From Candidatus Cloacimonadales bacterium (GTDB lineage Bacteria; Cloacimonadota; Cloacimonadia; Cloacimonadales; JAFGVF01), in NCBI GenBank assembly GCA_963667035.1, contig OY762964.1:1152001-1216000 (forward strand): DNA of 64,000 nucleotides. The letters are read 5' to 3'. Under the pieces are notes generated by a model. The model worked only from the letters and a program-made list of their open reading frames with translations, was not told the origin of the DNA and did no database searches. The position numbers and the translations under genes are program-made. This document shows positions 1 to 9,531 of the stretch, piece after piece. Position 1 is the stretch's first letter, and the number at the start of each line of letters is the position of its first letter.

Positions 1-570
1 CGTTCTTGTTTCTTCCTGAAACTCATTACTTAATCCAAGACAAGAAAAGGCAGGTAAAATAGCATCATTCAATGGATACTTAAAGCCTTTGAGGTAAACT
101 CCTTCAGCATCATTATCCAGAGCGTAGAGGGACATATATGTTCCGGGGTAACCTGTTAGGTCTTTAAATGAATCGATTAAGAAGGCTGTAACTCTCTCAC
201 TTATTACAGTTATATCCAGTCCTTTCTTATAAGCATACACCAGATTGTTTATGACACCGACAATATGTCCGAATCTGCCTTCTAAGGAGTTAAGCAAGAC
301 AATCTCGTTCATCTTGTTGGCAATACAAAACTCAATAGCCAGTTCCGTATCACTTTTAGCTTTAATAGGATTATATCTCATAATCTGTGTTGTATCGGGT
401 AACTGACAGATCAGTTCTTTAGGCATTGAATCAAAATCACCTAAAGCAACATTAGGAGAAATTCCTGCTTCCATTAAGTATTTACAACCGATATCGACCC
501 CGATAACAAAATCGTTGTCAGTAATATCCACAGGTTTAAAGTAGTCAGTGACTATATAGGTTTTCGACAT
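1..570 (-). CDS. thiN: Thiamine diphosphokinase (3' end runs off the window)
   Basis: Not in the ORF track; translated by hand from ATG at 570 (AGAGG upstream): MSKTYIVTD...IGVDIGC...ALGDFDS...KSDTELAI...EGRFGH...KGFKYPL...LGLSNEF, the standard TPK motifs. Confidence 0.9.
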   Translation of the reverse strand, partial: MSKTYIVTDYFKPVDITDNDFVIGVDIGCKYLMEAGISPNVALGDFDSMPKELICQLPDTTQIMRYNPIKAKSDTELAIEFCIANKMNEIVLLNSLEGRFGHIVGVINNLVYAYKKGLDITVISERVTAFLIDSFKDLTGYPGTYMSLYALDNDAEGVYLKGFKYPLNDAILPAFSCLGLSNEFQEETRT

Positions 571-609
571 ATATTTTCCTCTCTATATCAAACAACAGGA
601 AATGAGTTT

Positions 610-1518
610 TTATGCTCCGTATCCTTTTTTTAGCGTAATCAGGCATACTTCGGGGGGACAGTTAAACCTGACAGGTAGCAAGGAAGTTCCCACTCCGTTT
701 GTTGTAAAGCCTTTCATTTTTCTATGCTTCCACTCCTGTTTAATAACACTCCGTTTGTTGCCAACATTCCCAAGTATAGGGATTCCTCCCGGTAAACAAA
801 TTTGTCCTCCATGGGTGTGTCCGCAAAGCATCAGATTAGCACCATACTTCTCAGCATCATTATATATCTCGGGTGAATGGGAGAGAAATATAACAAATTC
901 ATCCCTCTTTACTTCTTTAAAGGCTAGATTTAAGTCCTCCGCATGAAAGAAATGACAATCATCAATGCCAACCAATCTGATATAACTATCATTATGTCTT
1001 AATAACACCGAAGCATTATCAAGAAACGTAAATTTATCCTTTAACATTTCGATTACATTGTCATTATCATGATTACCAGAGACAGAATACTTCTCTCTAT
1101 TCTTGAGAGTTGAAAAACCATCAGCAAACAATTTTTCCAGTCTCTCATAATCAGGTTGATGCTCAGCTTTGTAGTCTCCTCCACTCAATATAACATTGTA
1201 ATCTAAAGATTTAACAGTTTCAGCAAGTTTCTTTGCAATAGGAATGTTGTTATCAAAATGGAAATCACTAAAAAAAAGGATTTTGTAATTATCAAATCCT
1301 TCAGGTAATTCCGGGAAGTAGAGATTGAATTTATTTACACTCAATTTTAGAGTATTAGCATAGCCCAACTTTGATAATCCCATGTATTTACCGATAAATC
1401 CCGCAAGATTATAAAGTAGCACAAAGTACCAGTGCTTAACAAAAAGTTTTGTCAACTTGATGTATTGCTTAGATTCTAAGGCTTCTTCGTACATGTCTCT
1501 AACTTTATCTTTACTCAT
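610..1518 (-). CDS. Calcineurin-like metallophosphoesterase (YkuE/YaeI-like)
   Basis: Motifs SDFH, GGDY, GNHD, LSHSP, GHTHGGQ. Confidence 0.9.
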   Translation of the reverse strand: MSKDKVRDMYEEALESKQYIKLTKLFVKHWYFVLLYNLAGFIGKYMGLSKLGYANTLKLSVNKFNLYFPELPEGFDNYKILFFSDFHFDNNIPIAKKLAETVKSLDYNVILSGGDYKAEHQPDYERLEKLFADGFSTLKNREKYSVSGNHDNDNVIEMLKDKFTFLDNASVLLRHNDSYIRLVGIDDCHFFHAEDLNLAFKEVKRDEFVIFLSHSPEIYNDAEKYGANLMLCGHTHGGQICLPGGIPILGNVGNKRSVIKQEWKHRKMKGFTTNGVGTSLLPVRFNCPPEVCLITLKKGYGA

Positions 1519-1671
1519 AACCTTAAATCATATCCATTGTTAATGATGTCAATTAGTTTTCTGATAAGTAGTTAATAGTAATTAGCCAAAATCAATTGTT
1601 GAGATAATAAGTCCGGATTAAAATACTAAGTATTGAGAGCTGCGGGAATATATATAAAGATATTTGGAACA

Positions 1672-1727
1672 GTGACTTTCACAGTATGAAGTGCTGTGGA
1701 CGCTACAATTCAGGCAATGAAAGTCAC
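1672..1727. repeat. REP-like inverted repeat
   Basis: GTGACTTTCA...TGAAAGTCAC 10-bp arms, preceded by TTGGAAC as in the other REP-like elements, with an alternative inner hairpin CACAGTA/TGCTGTG. Confidence 0.45.
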
Positions 1728-2148
1728 CATTCTTTATCTGGGGCTAAGTTCCATTACTAATAACCTAATCAATATTAGGAATATGCAAAAATAATTATCA
1801 AGGAAATAACAATTTTGGATGGAATAAATTTCATAAATAGAAAAATCTCATTCAAAATTACAAATCCTGAATGAGAATACTTAAAAAGTGGTGTTAATCA
1901 TTGCTTTTTAATTATTCTCACGTCTATAAACCAATAATATCCATGTCTTTAAATTGTGTCCAGATAAAAATGAGTTTCAAGAGTATATTTCTTCATTTGT
2001 TGAAAAACAAAATACAGTTCCATTCTATTGTTGATATTAAATTGTCCTTGTTTTACTTAACAAAATAAAACTCAAACTAATCCCATCCAATAAGTATTGA
2101 TCACAGAACATAAAGTTATCCACAGCTTGTGACTAAAGATAAATGCAA

Positions 2149-2226
2149 AGATTCCTCTACTCATTCGTACCTCATTTCGATCGGAATGAGGTAAGGGGAA
2201 CAGTACAATTGTCATCTCGAAAGGAG
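2149..2226. repeat. Degenerate REP-like palindrome (GATTCCTC...CGGAATGA / TGTCAT type)
   Basis: Hairpin TACCTCATTTC-GATC-GGAATGAGGTA at 2168-2193, flanked by AGATTCCTC and TGTCATCTCGA. Confidence 0.45.
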
Positions 2227-2390
2227 ATATGAGTATAGCTTAAAGGGTCTGCTATTCGATTTTGTAAAAGTTCCTTTATAACTCTATCCATCTCTTTCAT
2301 ATTGGGCTTAATCTTAATGTGTTAACCTCCTTTTATTGATGTTATTATATGCTTAATCGCATATTGAGGTTTACACACTTTTCTTTTTAC

Positions 2391-2550
2391 TCCCTTCTCC
2401 CGTTTTGCACTTGAGCAACATCGACAGAATTGAGATATAACACTCCCAAACATCTTACTAATTTCCAACTCCAAAATCATGTTTTGAGTAAGTGTTGAGT
2501 AAGAGTTGTGTAAGGATTGAGTCAATATTGCTCATGGGAGTAGCGTGAGA
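2391..2550. repeat. Dispersed ~160-bp intergenic element with 11-bp-phased units, copy 1
   Basis: Core 2441-2543 matches 30921-31023 with 4 differences by eye; flanks are more diverged. Confidence 0.9.
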
Positions 2551-2671
2551 TTATCCGGAAAACGAAGATTGATTTACATATTATCTTAAGTTTTATGTTG
2601 ACTTGTTAAAATTTATAATTGTATTGATTGTTTCAAATAAAATATAGATAAAATTAAGCAATCACAGTGAG

Positions 2672-4267
2672 GTGCAGATGAAGATTGAACTGATTAAGAT
2701 TATTGATGAAGAGTTTGTGATAAAAGAACGTATCCAATATGATATTGAAAGAAAGATACTCAAAGATAGTCAGATAGATAGATATCCATATACTGCAGTT
2801 GTAAAGATTGATGATGGAGTAAAGAGAAGACTGGGTTGTTATTATCCTGATAAGAATAGTACAGATACTGGTAATCAGAATTTAAAAACAGAGATTCAGA
2901 GGCAATTAGATATCGGAGAAAAGAAACTGTACCTTCCCTATGTTTATCTGCCAAAGCTTAATTTATCTAAAGATATGTTGCAACAAGAATACAATTTCGA
3001 TGAATCTTTTTATCTGAATCTAATGCATTCTATAGTGGATAATACTAATTTCAGTTCTGCCACTTTCGGGGATAATAATGATTTCATATCTGCCATTTTC
3101 GGGGACAATACTGATTTTAGTTCTGCCATTTTCGGGGATAATACTGATTTTAGTTTTGCCATTTTCGGGGATAATACTGATTTTAGTTCTGCCACTTTCG
3201 GGGATAATAATGATTTCATGTATGCCACTTTCGGGGATAATAATGATTTCATGTATGCCACTTTCAGGGATAAGACTAATTTCATATTTGCCACTTTCGG
3301 GGATAATAATGATTTCAGGTCTGCCACTTTCGGGGATAAGACTTATTTCATTGGTGCCACTTTCGAGGATAACACTTATTTCAGTTATACTAACTTCCTT
3401 GGTTCAATAAACTTTAGAGATTCTGTTGCGAAGGGAATTAGCTTTAGAGATTCTATAGTAAAAGATTATCTCTATCTTGGAGAAGTAAAACATGAATCAA
3501 AAGATACAGTAATGGAGTGGATAGACCTAACAGATATGAAAGTGCACGGTTTTCTCTATCCCAGTTCAAATGTTGATTTTAAGAAAGAATTTGCACCCTG
3601 TGTATGGGCTAATAAAGATGAAGATGGGAACAAGGATTTAGAGGCAACTAAAGAGACTTTTCTTGTTTTGAAACAAGCATACAACAAAACAGGACGGTTT
3701 AAAGAGGAAGACTTGGCATATGTAGAGTTCAAAAGGGCTGAAAGAGATTTTGAATACCAAACACCTGATAAAGAGAGCAGACCAGATGAATTGAAACGCA
3801 TGTGGAACTATTTCGTTTCGAAACAGCTTTTTGATAGAGTCGGAGAATACGGGACTAATCCGGGGAAAGTATTAGTAACTATGGGTGTAGTTTACATACT
3901 ATTCTCTGTCCTGTTTCTGTTTTTCACTATATTAGGAAATACTTTCTATCCTAATATGATACCTGTTGGTGGGAATGAAGAAAAACCTAAAACTCAAACT
4001 GTGAATGTGATTAATTTTAAAAGCAGTGAAAACAATCTACCCATCTTCTTCGAAAGAGTTGATTCATTTATTCCTGAAAAAATGAAACTTAGGACTATGA
4101 TAACAAGATCCTTTTATCACAGTGGCATAACCTTTCTTACTATCGGATATGGAGATTTAAGACCTTGTAACGGATTGGGAATAGTACTATCAATATTAGA
4201 AGGCTTCTGTGGTTTATTTCTTATGTCATATCTTACAATTGCTTTCTCTCGGAAGGTGTTAAGATAG
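2672..4267 (+). CDS. Pentapeptide-type (11-aa) repeat protein with C-terminal two-TM potassium-channel (Ion_trans_2-like) domain
   Basis: Eleven DNxxFxxAxFG repeats; YGTNP followed by a TM helix; pore motif SGITFLTIGYGD followed by a second TM helix. Start may be ATG 2678. Confidence 0.85.
   Translation: MQMKIELIKIIDEEFVIKERIQYDIERKILKDSQIDRYPYTAVVKIDDGVKRRLGCYYPDKNSTDTGNQNLKTEIQRQLDIGEKKLYLPYVYLPKLNLSKDMLQQEYNFDESFYLNLMHSIVDNTNFSSATFGDNNDFISAIFGDNTDFSSAIFGDNTDFSFAIFGDNTDFSSATFGDNNDFMYATFGDNNDFMYATFRDKTNFIFATFGDNNDFRSATFGDKTYFIGATFEDNTYFSYTNFLGSINFRDSVAKGISFRDSIVKDYLYLGEVKHESKDTVMEWIDLTDMKVHGFLYPSSNVDFKKEFAPCVWANKDEDGNKDLEATKETFLVLKQAYNKTGRFKEEDLAYVEFKRAERDFEYQTPDKESRPDELKRMWNYFVSKQLFDRVGEYGTNPGKVLVTMGVVYILFSVLFLFFTILGNTFYPNMIPVGGNEEKPKTQTVNVINFKSSENNLPIFFERVDSFIPEKMKLRTMITRSFYHSGITFLTIGYGDLRPCNGLGIVLSILEGFCGLFLMSYLTIAFSRKVLR
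3038..3400 (+). repeat. Intragenic tandem repeat, 11 x 33 bp
   Basis: Unit approximately GATAATAMTGATTTYnnnnnnGCCAYTTTCGGG; the last unit is degenerate. Confidence 0.95.
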
Positions 4268-4284
4268 TATCCGGTGAGGGAAAG

Positions 4285-4312
4285 ATGCGGACAGGGATGT
4301 CTGCGTACTTGG
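4285..4312. repeat. REP-like element (GCGGACAGGGATGTCYGCGT)
   Basis: Near-identical to 54449-54473 and to the reverse complement of 30684-30707. Confidence 0.75.
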
Positions 4313-4457
4313 TGATATCGCAAATATATTGCTAATGGAAACAAGTTGTTTAAATGATGCAGTATCTTATGAAGATTTGTGGAGATGTTTAGATTTTGAT
4401 TGACAACTTAGCTTACGGAAACCATATTACTAAATAAAACATATATGTAATTATAGG

Positions 4458-4757
4458 ATGTATTTAATGAATATTAAATTTAGAGATGTTCCTACAGGAA
4501 TAGTACAAGCACGAGCAGTAATAGAAATAATGCCGGGTGTTTATCTAAATGAAGTGACAATTATTAGTAGAGACGGTATACTGAAAGTTGAAATTCCTCA
4601 GAAGACTTTCATTGGAAAGAACAATCGAAAGCACTACATTGATATCCTTACTTTCGAAACTGAAGATAAGAGAACTATTTGGGAGCTGGAAGTTAAACAA
4701 GCCTATCTTAAATGGCGTGAAGAGCATAAAAAGATATTAGTTTACGAAAAGGAGTGA
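4458..4757 (+). CDS. Divergent SpoVG-like nucleic-acid-binding protein
   Basis: 99 aa; the pattern ARAVIEI...VYLNEVTII...GILKVEIPQK...YIDI...VKQAY parallels SpoVG (AxASI...VVHDIKVI...GLFVAMPSRK...YRDI...VLEAY). Confidence 0.5.
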   Translation: MYLMNIKFRDVPTGIVQARAVIEIMPGVYLNEVTIISRDGILKVEIPQKTFIGKNNRKHYIDILTFETEDKRTIWELEVKQAYLKWREEHKKILVYEKE

Positions 4758-4764
4758 ACTTAGT

Positions 4765-6045
4765 ATCGAAAAGGTAATCATTATCGGGGGTCATCTCAAG
4801 GATGTCAAAAGGCATGATTATCAAAGGCGAATGACAGAGCTTCGGATGTTGAGTGAAACTGCCGGAGTTGAAGTTGTAGCCGAGATTGTACAGACATTTG
4901 AGAAGCCCAATCCCGTTTATTATATTGGTAAAGGTAAGTTAGAAGAGATAACAAAGATTTGCAGAATAAGAGACGTTAGAACTCTTATTTTCAATGATAA
5001 TTTAAGTCAATCTCAAGCTAAGAATATCACAAATCTTGCAAAATGTAAGGTTATTGATAGAACTCAATTGATACTTGATATCTTTGCGACTCATGCAAGA
5101 ACAAAGATGGCAAAACTACAAGTGGAACTTGCTCAATTGGAATATAACTATTCCAGACTTAAACATCTTTGGAAACACCTGTCAAGAATCGAAGGTGGAA
5201 TAGGGACCAGAGGTCCCGGTGAGAAGCAAATTGAAATTGATAGAAGATTGATACAAAAGCGTGTCCAACACTTAAGGGATAAGCTTGAAGAAGTTAAGCA
5301 AACTACTTATACAAAAAGAACAAAGAGAAATGCTTTTAAAGTAATTTCTCTAGTTGGATATACAAATGCCGGTAAGTCAACACTTTTCAAAAATCTTACT
5401 AAGGCTGATACGTTTATAGCTAATCAGTTGTTTGCAACTTTGGACCCTTCTTCCAGATATATTCCTGTGCCTAAAGGTAATCAGTCTATTTTAACAGATA
5501 CGATTGGCTTCATAAAGCAACTTCCTCATTGCCTTGTCGAATCGTTTCATTCAACTTTAGTGGAAGTTGTTAATGCTGATTTACTCTTGCATGTTGTAGA
5601 CTTGTCCGATCCTGATTTTAGAGAGAATATAAATGCAGTGAATGATGTCCTGAAAGAGATTGGAGCTGACCATGTGCCAGTATGTTATATCTTTAATAAA
5701 CTTGACCTTATCGGTGGAATGGGATATAAACTATTGAAAAAACAGTTGAGGGAAGAATTTAAAAGAGCATTATTTATCTCTGCTAACTCGAGGGAGTATA
5801 CAGCAGAAATTTTGGAGTATATTTGTTCACTACTTGAGAGAAGGAAGACAGAACAAACCGTTAAGATACCGATTCAGATGGAGAAGTTGATTGATTACAT
5901 AGAAAAACAAGCAGAGATTGTATCTTTGGAATGTGATGAAACTCGGGAAGAATTTCACTTAACGGTGAGAGCTGAAAAACGTTTATTAAAGGATGTAGCA
6001 GACCAAATAGCGAAATTTAAACAGATGCAATACATCCATTCTTAG
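4765..6045 (+). CDS. hflX: Ribosome-splitting GTPase HflX
   Basis: IDRTQLILDIFA, AKLQVELAQLEY, GTRGPGEKQIEIDRR, GYTNAGKST, LFATLD, DTIGF, NKLD. The first ATG is at 4831, but the frame is open from 4741 and includes EKVIIIG, so the start is uncertain. Confidence 0.95.
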   Translation: MEKVIIIGGHLKDVKRHDYQRRMTELRMLSETAGVEVVAEIVQTFEKPNPVYYIGKGKLEEITKICRIRDVRTLIFNDNLSQSQAKNITNLAKCKVIDRTQLILDIFATHARTKMAKLQVELAQLEYNYSRLKHLWKHLSRIEGGIGTRGPGEKQIEIDRRLIQKRVQHLRDKLEEVKQTTYTKRTKRNAFKVISLVGYTNAGKSTLFKNLTKADTFIANQLFATLDPSSRYIPVPKGNQSILTDTIGFIKQLPHCLVESFHSTLVEVVNADLLLHVVDLSDPDFRENINAVNDVLKEIGADHVPVCYIFNKLDLIGGMGYKLLKKQLREEFKRALFISANSREYTAEILEYICSLLERRKTEQTVKIPIQMEKLIDYIEKQAEIVSLECDETREEFHLTVRAEKRLLKDVADQIAKFKQMQYIHS

Positions 6046-6243
6046 CTTAACAAAAAGCTAACTAAGTGTTATTTCGGGAGATGTAACTAAGTAAGAAAAA
6101 CAGCTAATTTAGTACTCTGAATAAATATCTCTGATTAAGGGAAAAAAGGTTGACTAATTATTTATAAACCAATTTCTTAAACGAAAGAATTATATAGAGC
6201 ATTTATAGATTTTAATCAAAAAAAATAGATGAGGAGGAACAAG

Positions 6244-7458
6244 ATGATTAAGGACTTAAACAGCGCTCTTTCAATTGGCGTTAAAGGCATGAAACGTTCG
6301 GCGATTAGAGAGCTTCTTAAACTTGTATCAAGACCTGAAATCATTTCCTTTGCCGGTGGGTTACCTGCTCCTGATTCATTTCCAAGAGCTGAACTCAAAC
6401 AGATTATGATTGAGCTTATGGATAATGAAGATGAAGCAGGAAAAGCTATGCAGTATGGTGCGACAGAGGGAGATGATCTTCTGAGAGAACAACTTGCATG
6501 TCGTTACAAAAAACAAGGTTTGGATATTACAACTGATAATCTGATAATCACAACTGCTTCTCAGCAGGCTTTGGATTTAGTTGCCAAGATATTCGTCAAT
6601 CGTGGAGACACTATTCTTGTAGGCTTACCATCTTATCTTGGTGGACTGAGTGCATTTAATTCATACGGTGCCAAAATGGAAGGAATTCCTTTGGATGAGG
6701 ACGGTATGAGTGCTGAGCTTCTTGAAAAGAAACTGCAAGAGCTTCAGGCACAAAACATCAAACCTAAGTTTATCTATGTTATACCTGATTTCCAGAATCC
6801 TGCAGGTATTACAATGAGCGAGAAAAGAAGAAAAGATATTATTAACCTCGCTCATAAGTATGATGTACTAATTCTTGAAGATAGCCCTTATAGAGAACTT
6901 CGTTTTACCGGTGAACATCAGAAGACTATGTATGAACTTGATGGTACGGGACATGTTATCTTATTAGGTACATTCTCAAAATTGTTTGTGCCCGGATTCA
7001 GAATCGGTTGGGTCATTGCTCATCCTGATATAGTAGATAAGTTTGTTGTTGCTAAACAAGCTACTGACCTTTGTACACCACCTTTCAATCAGCGTATTGC
7101 CGCTCGTTATCTAGAAAAGGGATTACTCGATACAAACATCCAAAAGATTATTAAAATGTACAGTGTCAAACAAAGAACTATGCTTGATTTATTCGAAGCA
7201 GAGATGCCGGAAGGCGTTAAATGGACACAACCTGAAGGTGGATTATTCTTAATGGTTACTTTACCTGAAAAGATTAATACAAATGACTTACTTCAGAAAG
7301 CTATTACTGAAGAAAATGTAGCATTTGTTGCAGGACAATCATTCTTCTGTGATGGTTCAGGTACTAATACAATGAGAATTAACTTCTCTTATGCTTCTAA
7401 CGAGAAGAATATCGAAGGTATTCATAGATTAACAAATCTGTTAAAGAAAGAAATTTAA
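6244..7458 (+). CDS. PLP-dependent class I aminotransferase (ARO8/LysN-like)
   Basis: ISFAGGLP, PDFQNPAG, EDSPY, GTFSKLFVPGFRIGW; GAGGAGG RBS before ATG 6244. Confidence 0.93.
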   Translation: MIKDLNSALSIGVKGMKRSAIRELLKLVSRPEIISFAGGLPAPDSFPRAELKQIMIELMDNEDEAGKAMQYGATEGDDLLREQLACRYKKQGLDITTDNLIITTASQQALDLVAKIFVNRGDTILVGLPSYLGGLSAFNSYGAKMEGIPLDEDGMSAELLEKKLQELQAQNIKPKFIYVIPDFQNPAGITMSEKRRKDIINLAHKYDVLILEDSPYRELRFTGEHQKTMYELDGTGHVILLGTFSKLFVPGFRIGWVIAHPDIVDKFVVAKQATDLCTPPFNQRIAARYLEKGLLDTNIQKIIKMYSVKQRTMLDLFEAEMPEGVKWTQPEGGLFLMVTLPEKINTNDLLQKAITEENVAFVAGQSFFCDGSGTNTMRINFSYASNEKNIEGIHRLTNLLKKEI

Positions 7459-7484
7459 GATATTAATTATAGAAGGAGTAATGT

Positions 7485-7688
7485 ATGGCGAAAATGACAG
7501 TTAATCCAGAGTATTGCAAAGGATGCGGACTCTGTATTGAAGCATGTCCAAAGAAAATAATTAAGTTTTCTGAGAACATAAACTCTAAAGGTTATCACTA
7601 TGCTGAATGCATCGATCAGGAGAAATGCATAGCATGTAGAATGTGCTACATGACATGTCCTGATGTAGCAATTACTGTCGAAAAGTAA
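7485..7688 (+). CDS. 2[4Fe-4S] delta subunit of 2-oxoacid:ferredoxin oxidoreductase
   Basis: CKGCGLCIEACP and CIACRMCYMTCP; operon position. Confidence 0.92.
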   Translation: MAKMTVNPEYCKGCGLCIEACPKKIIKFSENINSKGYHYAECIDQEKCIACRMCYMTCPDVAITVEK

Positions 7689-7698
7689 GGAGAACGAT

Positions 7699-8778
7699 AT
7701 GGCTAAAATATTAATGAAAGGAAACGAGGCGGTAGCAGAGGCTGCAATTAGAGCAGGTTGTAGATTATATTTTGCTTACCCAATAACCCCACAAAGTGAA
7801 TTGATTGAATATATGTCAAGAATGTTACCAAAGGTTGAAGGATGTTTCCTTCAAGCCGAATCTGAAGTTTCAGCTATCAACATGGTATATGGAGCTGCAG
7901 GTGCAGGTAAAAGAGTTATGACTTCCTCTTCATCTCCTGGTATATCCCTTAAGATGGAAGGAATTTCATATATAGCCGGAGCCAACCTTCCAGCTGTTAT
8001 TATTAACGTACAGCGTGGTGGTCCTGGTCTTGGTGATATCCAACCTGCACAAGGTGATTATTTCCAAGCAACCAAAGGTGGCGGACACGGTGACTACCGT
8101 TTAATCGTTCTTGCTCCAAGTTCAGTTCAGGAATTTGCTGATATGGCTTCTCTTTCCTTTGACTTAGCTGATAAATATCGTAACCCTGTTATGATTCTTT
8201 CAGATGGTATGCTCGGACAAATGATGGAACCTGTAGAGTTCAAAGAACCATTAACTGATGAACAGATTGAAGAGTTAGGTAAACAACATAATGATTGGTG
8301 TATTAATCCTAATGAAGACGGTCCAGGACATCATCATAATGAGATTAACTCTCTTGAAATCGATCCTAAAGTTCTTGAAGATCATGTTGAAGAACTTGCT
8401 AGAAAGTATAAAGTTATCGAAAAGAATGAACTTCTTTTTGAAGAATACAATGTTAATGATGACAATGACATCCTCTGTGTTTCTTTCGGAACTGCTTCCA
8501 GAGTTGTTAAATCCGCTATCGACGAGCTTAAAGAAGAGGGTCATAATGTTGGACTTATCCGTCCTGTTACTGTATGGCCTTTCCCTTATGAGCAGATTGC
8601 AAAAAGAATCACATCCAAGACTAAACTCGTTCATGTATTTGAATTAAATCTTGGACAGATGCTTGATGATGTTAAGATTGCCGTTGCCGGTAAAGTTCCG
8701 GTAGAGTTCTATGGCAAAGTCGGCGGTATTGTCTTTACTCCAGCTGAAGTAAAGCAACAGCTTTTAGAGAAATTATAG
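7699..8778 (+). CDS. vorB: 2-oxoacid (2-ketoisovalerate-type):ferredoxin oxidoreductase alpha subunit
   Basis: MKGNEA, YPITPQSE, QAESE, TSSSSPG, QRGGPGLG, KGGGHGDY. Confidence 0.9.
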   Translation: MAKILMKGNEAVAEAAIRAGCRLYFAYPITPQSELIEYMSRMLPKVEGCFLQAESEVSAINMVYGAAGAGKRVMTSSSSPGISLKMEGISYIAGANLPAVIINVQRGGPGLGDIQPAQGDYFQATKGGGHGDYRLIVLAPSSVQEFADMASLSFDLADKYRNPVMILSDGMLGQMMEPVEFKEPLTDEQIEELGKQHNDWCINPNEDGPGHHHNEINSLEIDPKVLEDHVEELARKYKVIEKNELLFEEYNVNDDNDILCVSFGTASRVVKSAIDELKEEGHNVGLIRPVTVWPFPYEQIAKRITSKTKLVHVFELNLGQMLDDVKIAVAGKVPVEFYGKVGGIVFTPAEVKQQLLEKL

Positions 8779-8787
8779 GAGGTTCTA

Positions 8788-9531
8788 ATGGAAGTTATTG
8801 CATCAAGACCTAAATCACTTACTGATCTTCAATTTACATATTGCCCCGGTTGTTTACACGGTGTTGCCCATCGTTTAGTAGCTGAGGTTATAGATGAACT
8901 TGGTATTCAAAACACGGCTACCGGTGTTGCTCCGGTTGGTTGCTCAGTGTTTGCATATAAATTCTTTGATTTTGATATGGCACAGGCTGCACATGGTAGA
9001 GCCCCTGCTGTTGCTACCGGTATTTTAAGAGCCAGACCTGATATGCAAGTATTCACATATCAAGGTGATGGTGACCTTGCCGCTATCGGTACTGCCGAAA
9101 TCGTACATGCCGCAAATCGCGGAGAGAACATGACTGTTTTCTTCGTTAATAATGCTATTTATGGTATGACAGGTGGTCAAATGGCTCCTACAACTCTCCC
9201 GGGAATGAAGACAACAACTTCTCCTTACGGAAGAGATGCCAGCGATATCGGGTATCCTATCAAAGTATGTGAATTACTTGATACTCTTATTGCTCCATAT
9301 TATATTGAGCGTGTTTCTCTTTTAACTCCTCAAGATATTATGAAAGCTAAAAAAGCTGTTTCAAAAGCCCTCACTTATAATAAAGAGAGACGTGGATTCA
9401 CTTTTGTAGAGTTTATTTCTACTTGCCCAACAAACTGGGGAATGGATCCAATTCAATCAAAGAATTGGGCTAAAGAGAACATGTTACCTTTCTTCAAGGT
9501 ACAGAAGTTTAGAGATAAAGGAGAAGAATAA
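8788..9531 (+). CDS. 2-oxoacid:ferredoxin oxidoreductase beta (TPP-binding) subunit
   Basis: YCPGCLHG, APVGC, HGRA, QGDGD...NNAIYGMTGGQ, CPTNW. Confidence 0.92.
   Translation: MEVIASRPKSLTDLQFTYCPGCLHGVAHRLVAEVIDELGIQNTATGVAPVGCSVFAYKFFDFDMAQAAHGRAPAVATGILRARPDMQVFTYQGDGDLAAIGTAEIVHAANRGENMTVFFVNNAIYGMTGGQMAPTTLPGMKTTTSPYGRDASDIGYPIKVCELLDTLIAPYYIERVSLLTPQDIMKAKKAVSKALTYNKERRGFTFVEFISTCPTNWGMDPIQSKNWAKENMLPFFKVQKFRDKGEE

Noticed and set aside
1519..1760. TPP riboswitch upstream of the phosphoesterase-thiN genes
   Set aside because: The CTGAGA and ACCTGA core motifs are not present on the minus strand.
2116..2124. Perfect DnaA box TTATCCACA as oriC
   Set aside because: Single box with no cluster and no dnaA/dnaN nearby.
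2322..2525. 67-aa minus-strand ORF
   Set aside because: It overlaps the non-coding dispersed repeat and has no recognisable protein features.
3038..3400. 33-bp repeats as a CRISPR array
   Set aside because: Units are contiguous, in frame inside a CDS and have no spacers; no cas genes are present.
3010..3410. Overlapping ORFs 3010..3327 (-) and 3078..3410 (+)
   Set aside because: Alternative frames stay open only because the 33-bp repeat lacks stops; no independent coding evidence.
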